Below, piece by piece: positions 27,841 to 40,216 of a DNA stretch of 64,000 nucleotides. The notes under the pieces are model-generated. The model saw nothing but the letters and a program-made list of their open reading frames with translations, was not told where the DNA came from and ran no database searches. The position numbers and the translations under genes were made by a program. The DNA is taken from NCBI GenBank assembly GCA_001938485.1, contig MQRK01228140.1, forward strand, positions 1 to 64,000. Reading direction: 5' to 3'. Each line of letters opens with the position of its first letter. Positions within the stretch are counted from its first letter, which is position 1. This DNA comes from Girardia tigrina. Its lineage: Eukaryota.

Positions 27841-29091
27841 TGGACAGGAAGCCGTGTCTCCACGATATTTTGGGAAGAGAAGAAATGTTTATCGATTTAT
27901 CATAAGCACTCAGAGATCTCTCTTTTTGAATTTCATTGGGAATGTTTTTCACTATGATTCCCCGAACGTCCTTCAATTCACAATTGACCCGAGTCAAAGC
28001 CACCGGTGTTCGGGTACTGTATTTTTATTTTGAAAATTTAGAAGTATTTTATAATTATTCAACATTTCGTGCTCTAATTTAGCATCAACTTTAACTTTAC
28101 GAATTGATAAAGTTCCTGGGAAAAAGATGTCAATCAAGAGACAATAGGCCGATTCCGATTCCAGATCCTCGATCCGGTGGTATTGGAAATTCAGAGTTTT
28201 ATTGATCCAATTAAAAACGTCTTGTCGACTAATCACTTCATTATTCGTATTATTCTTGGGAACATTCACACCGTGATACATACTCAATTATCAATCAGAA
28301 AATTCGTCTTAAAACTACAGAAATCGAAAAAGATCCTTTGATTTTGTTGGTGGATTTACAGATTAATTTATTTAAATTAAATCGAACGCAACTTTTTTTT
28401 ATTTGTTTTCAAATATTTGTTCTTTCGCCAAAAAAAACACTTAAATTGACATTTTCAAATTGACATTTTTAAAAAATATTGAAATCTTTTAATTGTGATT
28501 ACAATTCACATTTAACATGCATTCACACACATACATTAAAAAAAACATACACTCAACCAATTATTTTCATTTACATTCACATATCATACAATCACATTCA
28601 TACAAACAAACATACATGCACACTTACATGCAGAGAAAAAATTTCCATTTATTGCAATTAAAAATAAAAATAAAATGAATGAATGAGGCTCACAATCTGA
28701 CCGAAATTAAAAACATTCGATTACGAAGGCTGTATGGAAATAATTCGAATGATTCTACAAGCCTATTAAAGTTTATTATCGTTTTAGTATGGCTTACTAA
28801 ACGCAACCATTGTTTTTAAGTTTTTAACCGGTTCTATTCTTCGACACATCATTGTCGTATGTTTGTTTATTTTATCCAGAGTTTTTACGTTACATTATTT
28901 TTAATTCATTTATTATTAATTTNNNNNNNNNNNNNNNNNNNNNNNNNNNNNNNNNNNNNNNNNNNNNNNNNNATTTATTTAATTTCTTTTTAATTACTTT
29001 ATTTATTTAATTTAATTATTTTAATTATATATTTTATTTATATACTGAAACTGGCAAAAATGTTCGGTCAAATCAGCAATTCTCCGCTCCA
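27841..29091 (-). mobile_element. TGGA...TCCA element copy 1 (EB1 cargo), 5-bp TSD GAAGA
   Basis: Removing the element and one GAAGA restores Gypsy pol FIEDIHKMLCHAG; termini shared with 40638-41899. Confidence 0.88.
27994..28281 (-). CDS. Intronless, C-truncated EB1/MAPRE-like calponin-homology domain ORF inside the mobile element
   Basis: VNV...SRQDVFNWINKTL...IEDLESESAYCLLIDIFFPGTLSIRKVKVDAKLEHEMLNNYKIL aligns with EB1 SRHDMLAWINESL...[44 protein letters not shown]. Confidence 0.85.
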   Translation of the reverse strand: MYHGVNVPKNNTNNEVISRQDVFNWINKTLNFQYHRIEDLESESAYCLLIDIFFPGTLSIRKVKVDAKLEHEMLNNYKILLNFQNKNTVPEHRWL

Positions 29092-29701
29092 GAAGATATA
29101 CATAAAATGTTATGTCATGCAGGAAGTAAGAAAGTATACAATTACATAAAAGATGATTTCGATATGCATGAAAATAAGACAACAGAAAAAGAAAATCGTA
29201 CAAATTTGCGAAAACTGCCAGAAAAGGAAGACGCTGACGGCAAAAACGAAAGAAAAACACATTAAACAATCTGCCGACGAACCATTTCAAAAAATTTACA
29301 TGTACTTTTGCGGACCATTCAGAAGGACTATGAATGGATACCAATACATTTTAGCAATAATCGATCAATTTAGTAGGTACATTAACTTGACCGCAGTGGC
29401 ACACCAGGACGAGAAGACTACACGAAAGGTACTATTAGAGAAATGGATTTGGAAATTCGGACCACCAAAAGAGATACACGTTGATAGAGGAAAAACTTTC
29501 GAATCAGCACTCTTTAAAGGAACGACGAAGAAATTTAAGACGGAGATAGTCTATTCAAGCCCTTATCACCACAACACTAACGGGATCATAGAAAGACAAT
29601 TCAGAACAATAAGAGACACCATAAATATACGATTAAAGGATGAAATGCATAGAGATTGGGTAGAAATGTTGGCAGAAATAGAATTCATGTTAAACGGTAC
29701 A

Positions 29702-30092
29702 ATGGTGTTTAACACCATCAACAAACTATATCGGATACCAGATACAGTTTTTGAAATGTCCAAAATTAATTGAATTGACTGATCCGGTACATATTAGAAA
29801 GAGCAAATTCAACTTCTATGTAAAGGATATAAGTGATCGTGATTATGATATTATAAATGTAAACCTACAAGAAGTAGGAACAAGATCAGATGGGAAGCTG
29901 AGTCAGTTTAGAGAACAATATTTTCGATCATATGATGGATTAAAATTTAGAGATTTTAGGGGTCATGACATACCAATAATGGGCTTGTCTAATTATTCGA
30001 GAGCATTTATCAAAATATGCTTACAAGGAAGAAAAGAAAAAGATGGTAAAAATTATCCAATATGGAAATTATCAGAAATTCGTTGTATTTAA
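29702..30092 (+). pseudogene. Orphan ~130-aa ORF with a single frameshift
   Basis: ATG 29702 MVFNTINKLYRIPDTV joins ORF 29751-30092 if one T is removed from GTTTTTG. Confidence 0.45.
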
Positions 30093-30275
30093 TTGTTGAT
30101 ACAAGTTGCATTATTGTGTTAATAAATCTTGTAATAATTTAGTCTTGATTTTAATAAAATAAGTTAATACATTTGTTAAAATTGATATAGTAACATAAAT
30201 GAAATATGTATTAGAGATAGTAAAGCTGAATTTAGAAATGAATGGAGAATTGTTGCATTTGTGTATAGATTAACT

Positions 30276-30892
30276 CAGTGGTTTCCAACCTTTTTGTACC
30301 GGCGCCCCCCTTTTTAAAAAATAATTTGTTGCGCCCCCCTTTAAAAAACAAATTGTTTCGTCCCATTAATTATTAACCGTTAATTTATATAAAAATCAAA
30401 TTTCATAAATACTCAACTGATATTATAATTTATTTAATGGGCTATAAAAATAATATACAATATTATGTAAAAACATAATATATTTAAAACACATTTATAT
30501 ATAGTATATATCAACGTGGTTATCGCAAGCACTACTAACGAACTAATTTTGTTCATAGAAAACAGAAACAATCAGATGCTTCTGTTTACTGAAGTTTGGC
30601 GTGAGTAAGCACGAGAATACCCGAGATGTTGCGAGTGCTTATCTTTTGATTCCACGCCCCACCAGTGCTAGGCTCCAAACGCGAAAGCGAGATATTTCGT
30701 TCCAAAAAGAATATGGATTGGATGTTTTAGCCTTTGTACCTGAAAAATTCGCGGCGAGGATTTTGGATTATGTATACTGCTGATTCATTTTTTGACACCT
30801 ATTCGAATTTCTCGGTTTGTATTCGAAAATAATATTTTGGAAACAGCTACATGCCCCCCTGGCAACAGTATCCCACAGGTTGGAAACCACTG
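30276..30892. mobile_element. hAT-family MITE
   Basis: TIRs CAGTGGTTTCCAACCT / AGGTTGGAAACCACTG; perfect 8-bp TSD GATTAACT. Confidence 0.93.
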
Positions 30893-31138
30893 GATTAACT
30901 TGTTTGTTATATATAATATTGATATATACTATAAAATGTTAACTATGCAATACGTTAACACAACGAATGCAATACGTTGACATGATGGATGCAATAAATT
31001 AACATGATAGATGCATGACGATATCTCCTTGGATACAGCCATGTTTTGAATGGTTGATATGATAACATAGTATAATATCATAATATAATACATTTATATT
31101 ATATATTATTTTGTATACATAATGTGCATATGTTCGAA

Positions 31139-31700
31139 AAAGCACTATGTATTGATTTTTTCAAGAATCTAAGATCATATTCTGACTATTCATATACAAG
31201 TTACTATTCATGTGTTCAAACAGATTTTTCATATTTTGCTTTCTTCACCCTTTGCCTAGGCTATACCCTATGAGAGTTCTGCCCCACATTAAACTATAAA
31301 ACACGACATCTCAATAAAGCACTATGTATTGATTTTTTCGAGAATCTAAGATCATATTCTGACTATTCATATATGAGTTACTATCAATATGTTCAGACAG
31401 ATTTTTCCTATTTTGCTTGCTTCGACTTATGCCTAGGCTATACCATATAGGCATTCGACCCCACTTCACACTATAATACACAACATATCAATAAAGCACT
31501 ATGTATTGATTTTTTTCGAGAATCTAAGATCATATTCCGCCTATTTACCTATGGGTTATATACATGGGTTATATACATGCATAGGTTATATACATGGGTT
31601 ATATACTATGGGTTACTATACATGTGTTCAGACAGATTTTCGATATTTTGCTTGCTTCGCCATATAAAACCATATGAGAGTTCTGCACCACTTTAAAACT
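31139..31700. repeat. ~177-bp tandem repeat x3
   Basis: AAAGCACTATGTATTGATTTTT...AGAATCTAAGATCATATTC recurs at about 31139, 31316 and 31493. Confidence 0.9.
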
Positions 31701-31968
31701 ATTATATTAAAAACATGAATATATTGCACTTTATGCAATTATGAACTTGTTAATTTTGCACACGTGCACTAAGCAGGCTACACATGTTAAGTATTGATTA
31801 ACACAAGTGCAGTATTGATTAGCACATGTACAGTATTGATTAGCACATGTGTAGAATTGATTTTTTGCACTTTTTGTGTAATTTTGATAGTTTTTACATA
31901 TTTTCGATGATTTTTAAGGTATTTTTCATGGTTTTAGAGATAGCAGTGATGGTTTTTAAGGTGTTTTC

Positions 31969-32010
<42 letters not shown>

Positions 32011-32679
32011 TAAAATGTTATGTATCATGGTTACGGTAACCACATATAAAATAAAATGTTATGTATCTTGGTTACGGTAACCATGGTACTTGTGATTGAT
32101 GATGACGTACATTGATTCATTAAGTATTGTATAATGGTTAATAACACACATATATCATATTGGTTTCATATATATACGAAAAAATCAATTTTTGAGCACT
32201 TTTTTGACAATTTCAAAAATGTTCGAAAAAATCAATTTATCAGCACTTTTATGAAAATGTTGACGTGGAATCTAAATGTACATATGTGGTTTCCTATTCA
32301 AGTGTATGAGTACTTTTCTGATATTCTGCCTCCTTGTACCTTTAAAATCAATGTGCACTTTGTGTAAATTTACACATTATGCTAATTATAGAGAAAAGTA
32401 ACCAATATATGAAATTTCTAATTGCACATTCAAATAGAGAATCAAAATGTGCATCAAACACATGATATTGATTTTTGACACTTGTACTTTTAAAAAATTT
32501 TATGTATTAATTTTTACACTTTTGCACATGTGCAACTTGAAAAGCACTGTGTTAGCACATTAGAAATGTACGGCACAATTTTCACTATCGATTAGCACTT
32601 TACAAATATTAATTAGCACATCTGGGCATTGTGCACCAATCGATTAGCACTTTTTTCTACGGTCTTTAGTTACGGGGTG

Positions 32680-33090
32680 ACGGTTGCTATGGATGCGGGA
32701 ACCGTTACCATGGTTACAACCACCTTGGATCACTGTATCCGCTGCTAAGGAAAAATGTCCTTTGGTTACTGTTGCTATGGTTACCGTCACCAAGTGAACC
32801 GGAACGGTTGCTGTCTAGGCTAAGGTGATCATGACCGTTGCTAAGGTGATCGTGACGGTTGCTATGGTGATCGCGACCGTTGCTAGGGCACCAAGGACCA
32901 ATCAGAAGTGTTTTTAGGTAATCACGACCGTTGCTAGGGAACCAGGAACCAATCAGAAGCGTTGCTAAGGTGATCGCGGTCGTTGCTATGGTAACCGCGA
33001 CCGTTGCCATGGTAACCGCGCGCGGTAACTGGTTACGTTGCCATGGTAACCGTGGTAACTAGGGATGACCCCCCATGGGGGTCATGTTAG
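32680..33090. promoter_or_regulatory. Array of RFX X-box-like motifs and CCAAT boxes ending in a GC hairpin (probable Helitron-like terminus)
   Basis: GTTGCCATGGTAAC x2, GTTGCTATGGTAAC, GTTACCATGGTTAC and variants; ACCAATCAG x2; ATGACCCCCCATGGGGGTCAT hairpin beside CTAG. Confidence 0.55.
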
Positions 33091-34132
33091 GAGAACATAC
33101 ATTTTTCCCCTACTATCAACCTTCAAATATACCTTATCAGCCATATTATCAATCATCAAATTTACTTCAACAACCATCAAAATTACAATATTAACCTTCA
33201 AAAGTACCTTATGGACCATATCATCAACTTAAACGTTTTCTCAAGAAATCCATTTAAAGTTGAAAATACAGTAAAAAATTAGTGACCATAATAATTTGTC
33301 AACCCACTGTAATTCAAATTTTATAAATATTTTGAAGTAATCATTTTAAAATAATTATTAAGAACTCTATTGTTGTATTTTAGTAAAAAATAAATAAACA
33401 TAAATAATTTAGAAAAATCAGAATTAATAATTTATTAATGAAAAGTTTAGAAATATATTTTTATAATTAAGAATTAAATCGAATAATGTAAATATTTTAA
33501 AAAATGTTACCATGTGTGATTTAAAAAGTAAGAGATGTGTTTTTATAATTAAGGATTAAAAAATAGCTCGAATGAAAAAAATATAAATTTAAGCAAAATT
33601 AATAATTTGCAAAATTATTAAAAGCGCAGTCGAAATAAACATTCTGGAAAACAAATAGTAAAATTCCAAACTTTATGAAATATTTTACGAAATTATAATA
33701 AATATGAATTATTTGAAATATCGAGATTTGACGATCACTTAAATTTGTCTCTAATTTTGTTTGATTTAAATATAATATTATTATTTGTTTATTAATAAAT
33801 ATTTTTATGAATTCAAATATCGACATAACTGACATTAGCAAAATCATTTCTTCTATTAACAATATTTTCGTAGATATTATTATTTATTTTATTTTGATCA
33901 ATCTTTAAAAATATTTAATTTGTACTAAAAACATTCAAAAAAATTAAAGTTAAAGGCAAGTTTCTATTCATATAAGGTGTATTTATTAATGAAAACATTT
34001 TGAAACAGTTCAAATTAATTTTTTAACGTTCTTTAATTTTGAAATATTAACTTTGATTTTAACTTTTTCATTTAATTAAAGTCAGATATAATTATTTTCG
34101 AAGAATAACACTCATAAAGAATTTTTTTGTAG

Positions 34133-34326
34133 TGAAAAACAAAATTCTTTGGAGAAGACAACAGATTATAAAAATTCAAAAGACAATGAGAATGTGGATT
34201 AAAAAAAAGAAATATGGTCCAAAAATAAAAAGCTTGAAAAAATTAAGAAAATTACTTACCTTGATAGAGCAAATAACCGTTATTGCTAATCAAATGAAAA
34301 AATCTAAAGATAAAGGATTAAAAATG
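34133..34326 (+). CDS. myo6: Myosin VI exon (IQ motif, start of 3-helix bundle)
   Basis: LKNKILWRRQQIIKIQKTMRMW; phase-1 junction with previous exon. Confidence 0.93.
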
Positions 34327-34659
34327 GTAAGTCTTTTGAGATTCTTATTAATAACGATAATAATAATAATGTCTCCATTGCGATAGCTTGTCAATGTCCA
34401 ATGCAACAAAAGTTCATGGCCATATATTTAGATACTTAAATGATCACAACATCACCATGTATTTTCACATTTCTTTTATTTCCAAAAGTTTACATTAACA
34501 AAAATATATTATATTTGATGAAAAATGTCAGTATAATAGTGTGGTTAAAGAAAAACTCTATGAAGTGCTTATTTCATAAAAATTTTCGTTTTAAAAAACA
34601 GCACCTCTTCAATTCTATAGTGTATGCCTTATTTTTCCATTCTTTTTATTACCTTACTT

Positions 34660-35699
34660 TATATATATATGTGTGTGTGTGTCCATGGAATTTAGAAACC
34701 TCTTTTTGAAGGCCTTCTTCTCAATCAATTTTCTTCAAACTTTGTACACTTGCTCATTCTCGATGACAATAAATAATTATGTAATCATGTGATCAAAAAA
34801 ATTTTTAAGGTCCCAAAATGGGAAAAAAACGGAAATTTGGGAGTTCCAGAACAATAATAAATGAAAAATATTTACTTATAAATTACAAGTAGTTTTGTTG
34901 GGTATTACAATTAAATCTCGCTTTACTCTTTATTTATATTAAACTACTAATCTGACTACAAATGAAACAAAAGGTTTCTTCCAACAATAATATATGAAGA
35001 ATGAACAAGACCTTTTAATAATAATTTATTCTGCAAACAACAATTGAAGTACAAATATAAATTCAACTCTATCAGTACGCTACAATTCAAAGATCACACT
35101 CCGACAGTTACAACAACTTCTTAGTTCGAGCGATGCTAGAATGATTTATTTAAAACTTAATTTCTCCTTTATAGGATACTATTACTTTCTCAATATACAT
35201 TTTTATTTAAAGTTTAATTTCTCCTTTACAGGATACTAAAAAACTTTTCCTATTATTTCTTTAGTTTAAAAAGAAATAATAATATAAGAACTCAACAAAC
35301 AAAATTACCACGCATATAATTTAAAGTTAATTTTCTTTTGAGTGATCAAATGAGTAACTGTAACTGAAATAACTATTGCTTATATACTAGTTTTTCATAA
35401 CCTTGAAAATTGAATAACTAAAACAAATCTCAAAATATTTACAAATATTTTATAAATTTTATTAAAATAACTATTATAATAATCAAAAAATTATTAATTT
35501 TAACCAGCAAATTATTTAAAATTTTTTATTAGATTTTAAAATTTAATTTATATTTTTCGGAACCCCAACAGTTTATATTAATTTTTATTGTGTTTTTTTA
35601 ATTAAAAATTTTTAAATTTTAAAACCTTACCATCCGGCAAGGTAGAGTTCTGTCTGCATAAAGAATGGATATAAAAAATTTAATTTTGTGGTTTACTAG
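34660..35699 (+). mobile_element. Non-autonomous Helitron-like element
   Basis: 5' (TA)n(GT)n...CAAACTTTGTACAC; 3' end ACTAG|T. Confidence 0.4.
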
Positions 35700-36353
35700 T
35701 ATATAGATGCAGTCTATTGAAAAAATTATCTTTATACACATCCAGTGGATGCCATCCACATAAATAGTTTTTCATGTTACAGCAACTTATAAAGTAGATA
35801 TTTTTATTAATCTTGCATGCGTTAGTACACATGTATTTTACAACAATTTGATTCACCACTGTTAAATCTTAAAGTTATCAGCCAAATATGTAAATGGTGA
35901 TTATAATAAAAAAAAGTTTTTATGAATTTTAAACCTAATACAAAACAGAAACATATGTGCCCAATGTTCAGGGACGGGTCCAGTCTATGATTATAGGGTA
36001 AGGACGATTCGGATGGAAACAAAAATAAAAAAGGATAAAACTTCATAAATATACTTAGTATACTTGTTAATTTTTTACCAAACTCTATTTTCTAACAATT
36101 TTACTTTCTAATTTTAACTATTAAAATATTTTTTAAAAAATCTATTCCAAAATCTAGATTTGACTTAACTGAATTTTTCAACCAAAATCGTAACTAACCA
36201 TTTTATTCATGTTATTTAAAAAATATTTCAATAAAACGCTTTCAAGAAAATATTGTCTTTTATATCAAACAGATCTAGAATCTTCATTATAAGGTGATTT
36301 TGTGTTTTATATGTTCGTCAAGTATAATTATAATTATGCTACAATAAATTTAG

Positions 36354-36646
36354 ATAGAAGAAAACAAAAAGAAATATGCAAGTATCAGAAAGGAAATTCA
36401 AAATGCTCCTTTTAGTAAAAACGCAGCAAACGCAAGATTAGTTGAAAACTTTCAAAACGATCTTAGTAAAGACATCAGTTCTCTTAAAAATGAGTTAGAA
36501 AAAGAAAAAATAAACTCGGAAAAAGAACGAATGATGAAAATCCAGAAAGAAATAGAATTGCAGAAACAAAATGAAGAAAGAGAAAAGGAACTTCAAAAAA
36601 GGGAAGAAGAGGAAAAACGATTAAAATTAGAGATGGAATCGAAAAG
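36354..36646 (+). CDS. myo6: Myosin VI exon (3-helix bundle / charged single alpha-helix)
   Basis: tag|ATA GAA...AAA AG|gtaa; open, E/K/R-rich EKERMMKIQKEIELQKQNEEREKELQKREEEEKRLKLEME. Confidence 0.88.
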
Positions 36647-36694
36647 GTAACTGTTGTATGCATATTTTTGAGTAAATATTTCCTTATATTTTAG

Positions 36695-36975
36695 AAAGAA
36701 AGAAGAGGCAAACTTGGCAAAAACGAAAATTACACCATTAACTCCAATCAAACAGCTTCAAGAAGAAACAGAAGAGTATATCAAAGAAATTACTAATGAT
36801 CAAGAACGAAGAGATAAAGAATTGGCTTTAAGAATTGCCGAAGGAGATCCTGGTGTTATTGATGAAATAATTCGTTCACCAGATTATACTACCCAAGCTA
36901 AAAAATCAATTAGTTCATGTGGTGTAACTGAAATGTCTTATGAAGAATTACGTAAAGTTATTAACTCATCTTGTG
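36695..36975 (+). CDS. myo6: Myosin VI exon (tail, MIU-like region)
   Basis: Follows a 48-nt intron; DQERRDKELALRIA and YEELRKVINSSC match the myosin VI tail. Confidence 0.92.
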
Positions 36976-37032
36976 GTTAGTCAAATTTTTAAATAAATAT
37001 TGAAATATATTTATTATCTATTGTAAAATAAG

Positions 37033-37209
37033 ATGTAAAGCAGATTGAAGCTTGTCAAGCGGAATTCCATCGTCGAGTGAGTGCTTACAACAATTGGAAA
37101 TTGAAACAAAAAGAAAAGAAAAATATAAACGCGAACATTTCTAAAAGTCCTAAAAGTGAAGATCTCAAAGGATCGGTCAAATTTGAAAATGTTAAAAGTA
37201 ATGAAAAAA
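37033..37209 (+). CDS. myo6: Myosin VI exon (MyUb / RRL region)
   Basis: Follows a 57-nt intron; DVKQIEACQAEFHRRVSAYNNWKLK. Confidence 0.92.
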
Positions 37210-37256
37210 GTATGAGTACAAAATTCAATTAGAAAATGTGTAATGCATTATCCTAG

Positions 37257-37433
37257 TAAATCTAAACAATCCTGTTGTGGTTAAAAATAAACCTCAGCGA
37301 TATTTTGCTCTTCCTTTCAAATCATCGAGTGGTAAAGATACAAACGGAAAATGGTGGGGTCATTTTGATGGGGAATATATAGCTAGACAAATAGAGATCC
37401 ATGATAAGAATACTCATTTCTTACTAGTGGCCG
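37257..37433 (+). CDS. myo6: Myosin VI exon (cargo-binding domain)
   Basis: Follows a 47-nt intron; QRYFALPF...GKWWGHFDGEYIARQIEIH...LLVAG. Confidence 0.93.
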
Positions 37434-37468
37434 GTAATTATTTATCATAATTGATAGTTGCCATTTTG

Positions 37469-37499
<31 letters not shown>

Positions 37500-37500
<1 letters not shown>

Positions 37501-38060
37501 TGAACCCAATTATATTGCAAAATATTAACTGAAGTATTTGGAATATGTGGTCTTGTAGTTTCTGGCTTTCCTATAGAATATTGCATTTCGTGCTTTTGGA
37601 TCAGATCTAAAATATGCAATCTATAAGGTTCATAATAATGTTTGGATATATTATCCTTATTATTGCTAGTACTCCGTTTTTGGATTCAGTATTTGTAGGT
37701 TCGGTATCTGATACAATTCGTTCTATTTTCCCATTTCCAATGATATGTATTAGCAATTCATCAATGTTAGCTGCTTTTTTATTTGATATGTCTTCAAATT
37801 CAAATCATTTTATATCAATACAAACACATATAATATCTCGTGTCAGTCCATAAAGATTTTTATATTTTTCATAACATATTTTAATGTTACATTGCAATTA
37901 TTCAATGGCATATTTCCGAATATTGTTTAGCAGCTTTTCTTGAGGCTTTTGATAATGAACCTCTAGATGGTAGAATCTGAATTTAGATTATTTCAGGAAA
38001 TTTTTCCTGATACTTCTTCATAACAGCAATTGTTTGTGATATTGAAAGTTTGGAAAACTG
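37500..38060 (-). pseudogene. DNA transposase remnant (hAT-superfamily-like)
   Basis: IVSDTEPTNTESKNGV...RLHILDLI resembles the DTTxxNTG...CRxH motif; many stops. Confidence 0.4.
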
Positions 38061-39045
38061 TGGGGGGAGAAGAGCCGTTCGGAATCACAGAAAAATTAAA
38101 TAAAAATAATCACATAAATTTAAATAATCACATAAAAAAAATAAAAATTAAAAATAAATTACTTTCATTTAATTAATGAAAGGTGAACTTCGACGCAAAT
38201 GATTATGATCCTCCAAACATTCGTTATTTAAAACAGTTATCCGAAAAACTAATTCTAATATGATCCATTTGGATGATAAACTGTTGGGTAGACTAAATGA
38301 GTGTCGTGACACAACTGATGAAGTTGAAACATGGATATCAAAAGGTCATATGATGTCTTCCTGGGGTCGAGCTAATGAACTTATCATCTGTATGAGTTAT
38401 TTAATGAAAATAATCAAAGAAAAATTTTGTTATCATAGCTATAAACCTGTAAAAGTGTAATATCTAATAGACGCAGATCATCTCAATCATGTAACTTGTC
38501 GTAACAAACGTTTTAATCGTCCTGTAATATCCAACAAAATGTATCTCCATTCTACACAGCTGTCGTGGGGAGAGAATTATTAAATCGACACTTCCCTGAT
38601 TTCTGGGTCGGCCAACCAGACTTTACTCATGACAAGCAAGAAGCCCTAACTTAGCCTCAAGTGATAACGCTGTCTGAGGTATGATGCAACTAAAAATTGT
38701 GAGTCGAAAATTCGATTCATTCGATCATTGGAAAGATGTCGTTCAGCTAGAAATCTTAACATTTCAAGAGAACTTATGACGATCAATGAATTATCGGATA
38801 TTTTACAGAATCGATCTTTGTATTCAGAACTACGGTCTTCAAGTAGATCCCTTTTACATATAATGTTATATTTTATGTTTTTTTTTCAAATGGATGCATT
38901 TCGGTTTAATTTTAAATATATATTTATTTTTAAAAAAATAAACTTCTGATAATTTAGGAATTAAACTGAGATGTGATTAGATTTGAATTAAAATTAAACT
39001 GAATATCTACTCTTCATATATAAGTTAATGTGATTTAAATTGTAG

Positions 39046-39233
39046 GTATAGATGATTTGGCAATGTGTGACTTACCTCTGTCAGCAACTGGTTTGTTGAC
39101 TCGTAAAGGAGTAGAAGTCACAGAAAAGGAATTCGAGGATTTATGGGCAAAGTTTGGTGGAATAGAATTACTTAGAATTGTTTCCAAAGAAATCTCATCA
39201 AGTTATTTAAAGTCGAAATACGTGAAAAAATAA
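39046..39233 (+). CDS. myo6: Myosin VI terminal exon
   Basis: tgtag|GT ATA GAT GAT; GIDDLAMCDLPLSATGLLTRKGVEVTEKEFEDLWAKFGG...KK-stop; AATAAA at 39310. Confidence 0.94.
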
Positions 39234-40216
39234 AAAAATATTTGATACTTTATAGTTTAAATTAAAACACTAACCTAAAACCGATCTGTAATTTTTTGCA
39301 CTTTCTTTTAATAAAATGTTCTGTCTTTATGCTTTATATTTCTTTAATATTTTATTTTACTACACAAAGCAATATAACAAAATTTCGTTTAAATATACGT
39401 AAATCATTACAAATTATAAATTCAATTCAAATTCTTTTGTTTCTCTTAAATTTAAAGACTTTTAAAAAAATATTATTTCTACTACAATCAATTTTTATTT
39501 ATTTATTATTTCCTGAATAGTGTAATGTATACTCTTAGTCTTATGGTACAAACTGTTTAATTTAAAAAACATTTTATTTTGGACTAATTTTTAATAAAAA
39601 TTACGAAATTAAATATATTGTTAAGTGATGTTTTGACGCTTTGGCATTTCGTTGCAAATATTTTGGTAAAAATGTCAAGATTGTACAAAAACTTCGTACA
39701 AAAAATCATACAATTGACAAAAAAAATTAAAAAAAAGATTAGGGAACTTTTTAAAGACAATAAAAATACATGAATTGATGTAAGAACTTCATTAAATAAA
39801 AAATATAAGAATGCTAATTAAATGACAGAACAAGCAGAGGATTATTAAATAGCTTTTATTAAAAGTAGAAATCAGAGCACATTTTCCCCTTCTTTTTATA
39901 TACTTGCTTTCGTGTCATCTTGTCCCATTTCCAGCATCATTTTGTAATTTTAACCTACTTCCCATGATGCTATGGAATTGAAATTTTCAAGGTAGTTGTA
40001 TTTTGATATAACGTATCGATTGAACAATCTTTTCAAGTGCTTTGTTACCACCCGATCAAACAAAAAGTAATAAAACAAATTATATCACAATTTTTATCTC
40101 ACCAATCGATAAAAATCGACAAGAAAAATTCGTTTTTAGTGCACTCTATCGAAAAAAGGGTTTTTAAAATTGTTTTTCAATGTGTTATATTATTTCATTA
40201 CACACTGAAGATGATA

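Larger units (their letters stand above)
26745..29700 (+). mobile_element. Gypsy/Ty3 pol remnant (RNaseH, integrase) with an inverted pre-RT fragment and an inserted cargo element
   Basis: FILDTDASFDTIGAVLAQ, YCITRKELLAI, HKMLCHAG...CENCQ, IIDQFSRY, HVDRG, NGIIER; 26797-27009 on the minus strand encodes HKIET...KPYRQP. Confidence 0.9.

Noticed and set aside
32714-33010. 98-aa repetitive ORF
   Set aside because: Translation of the GC-rich motif array, with no independent coding evidence.
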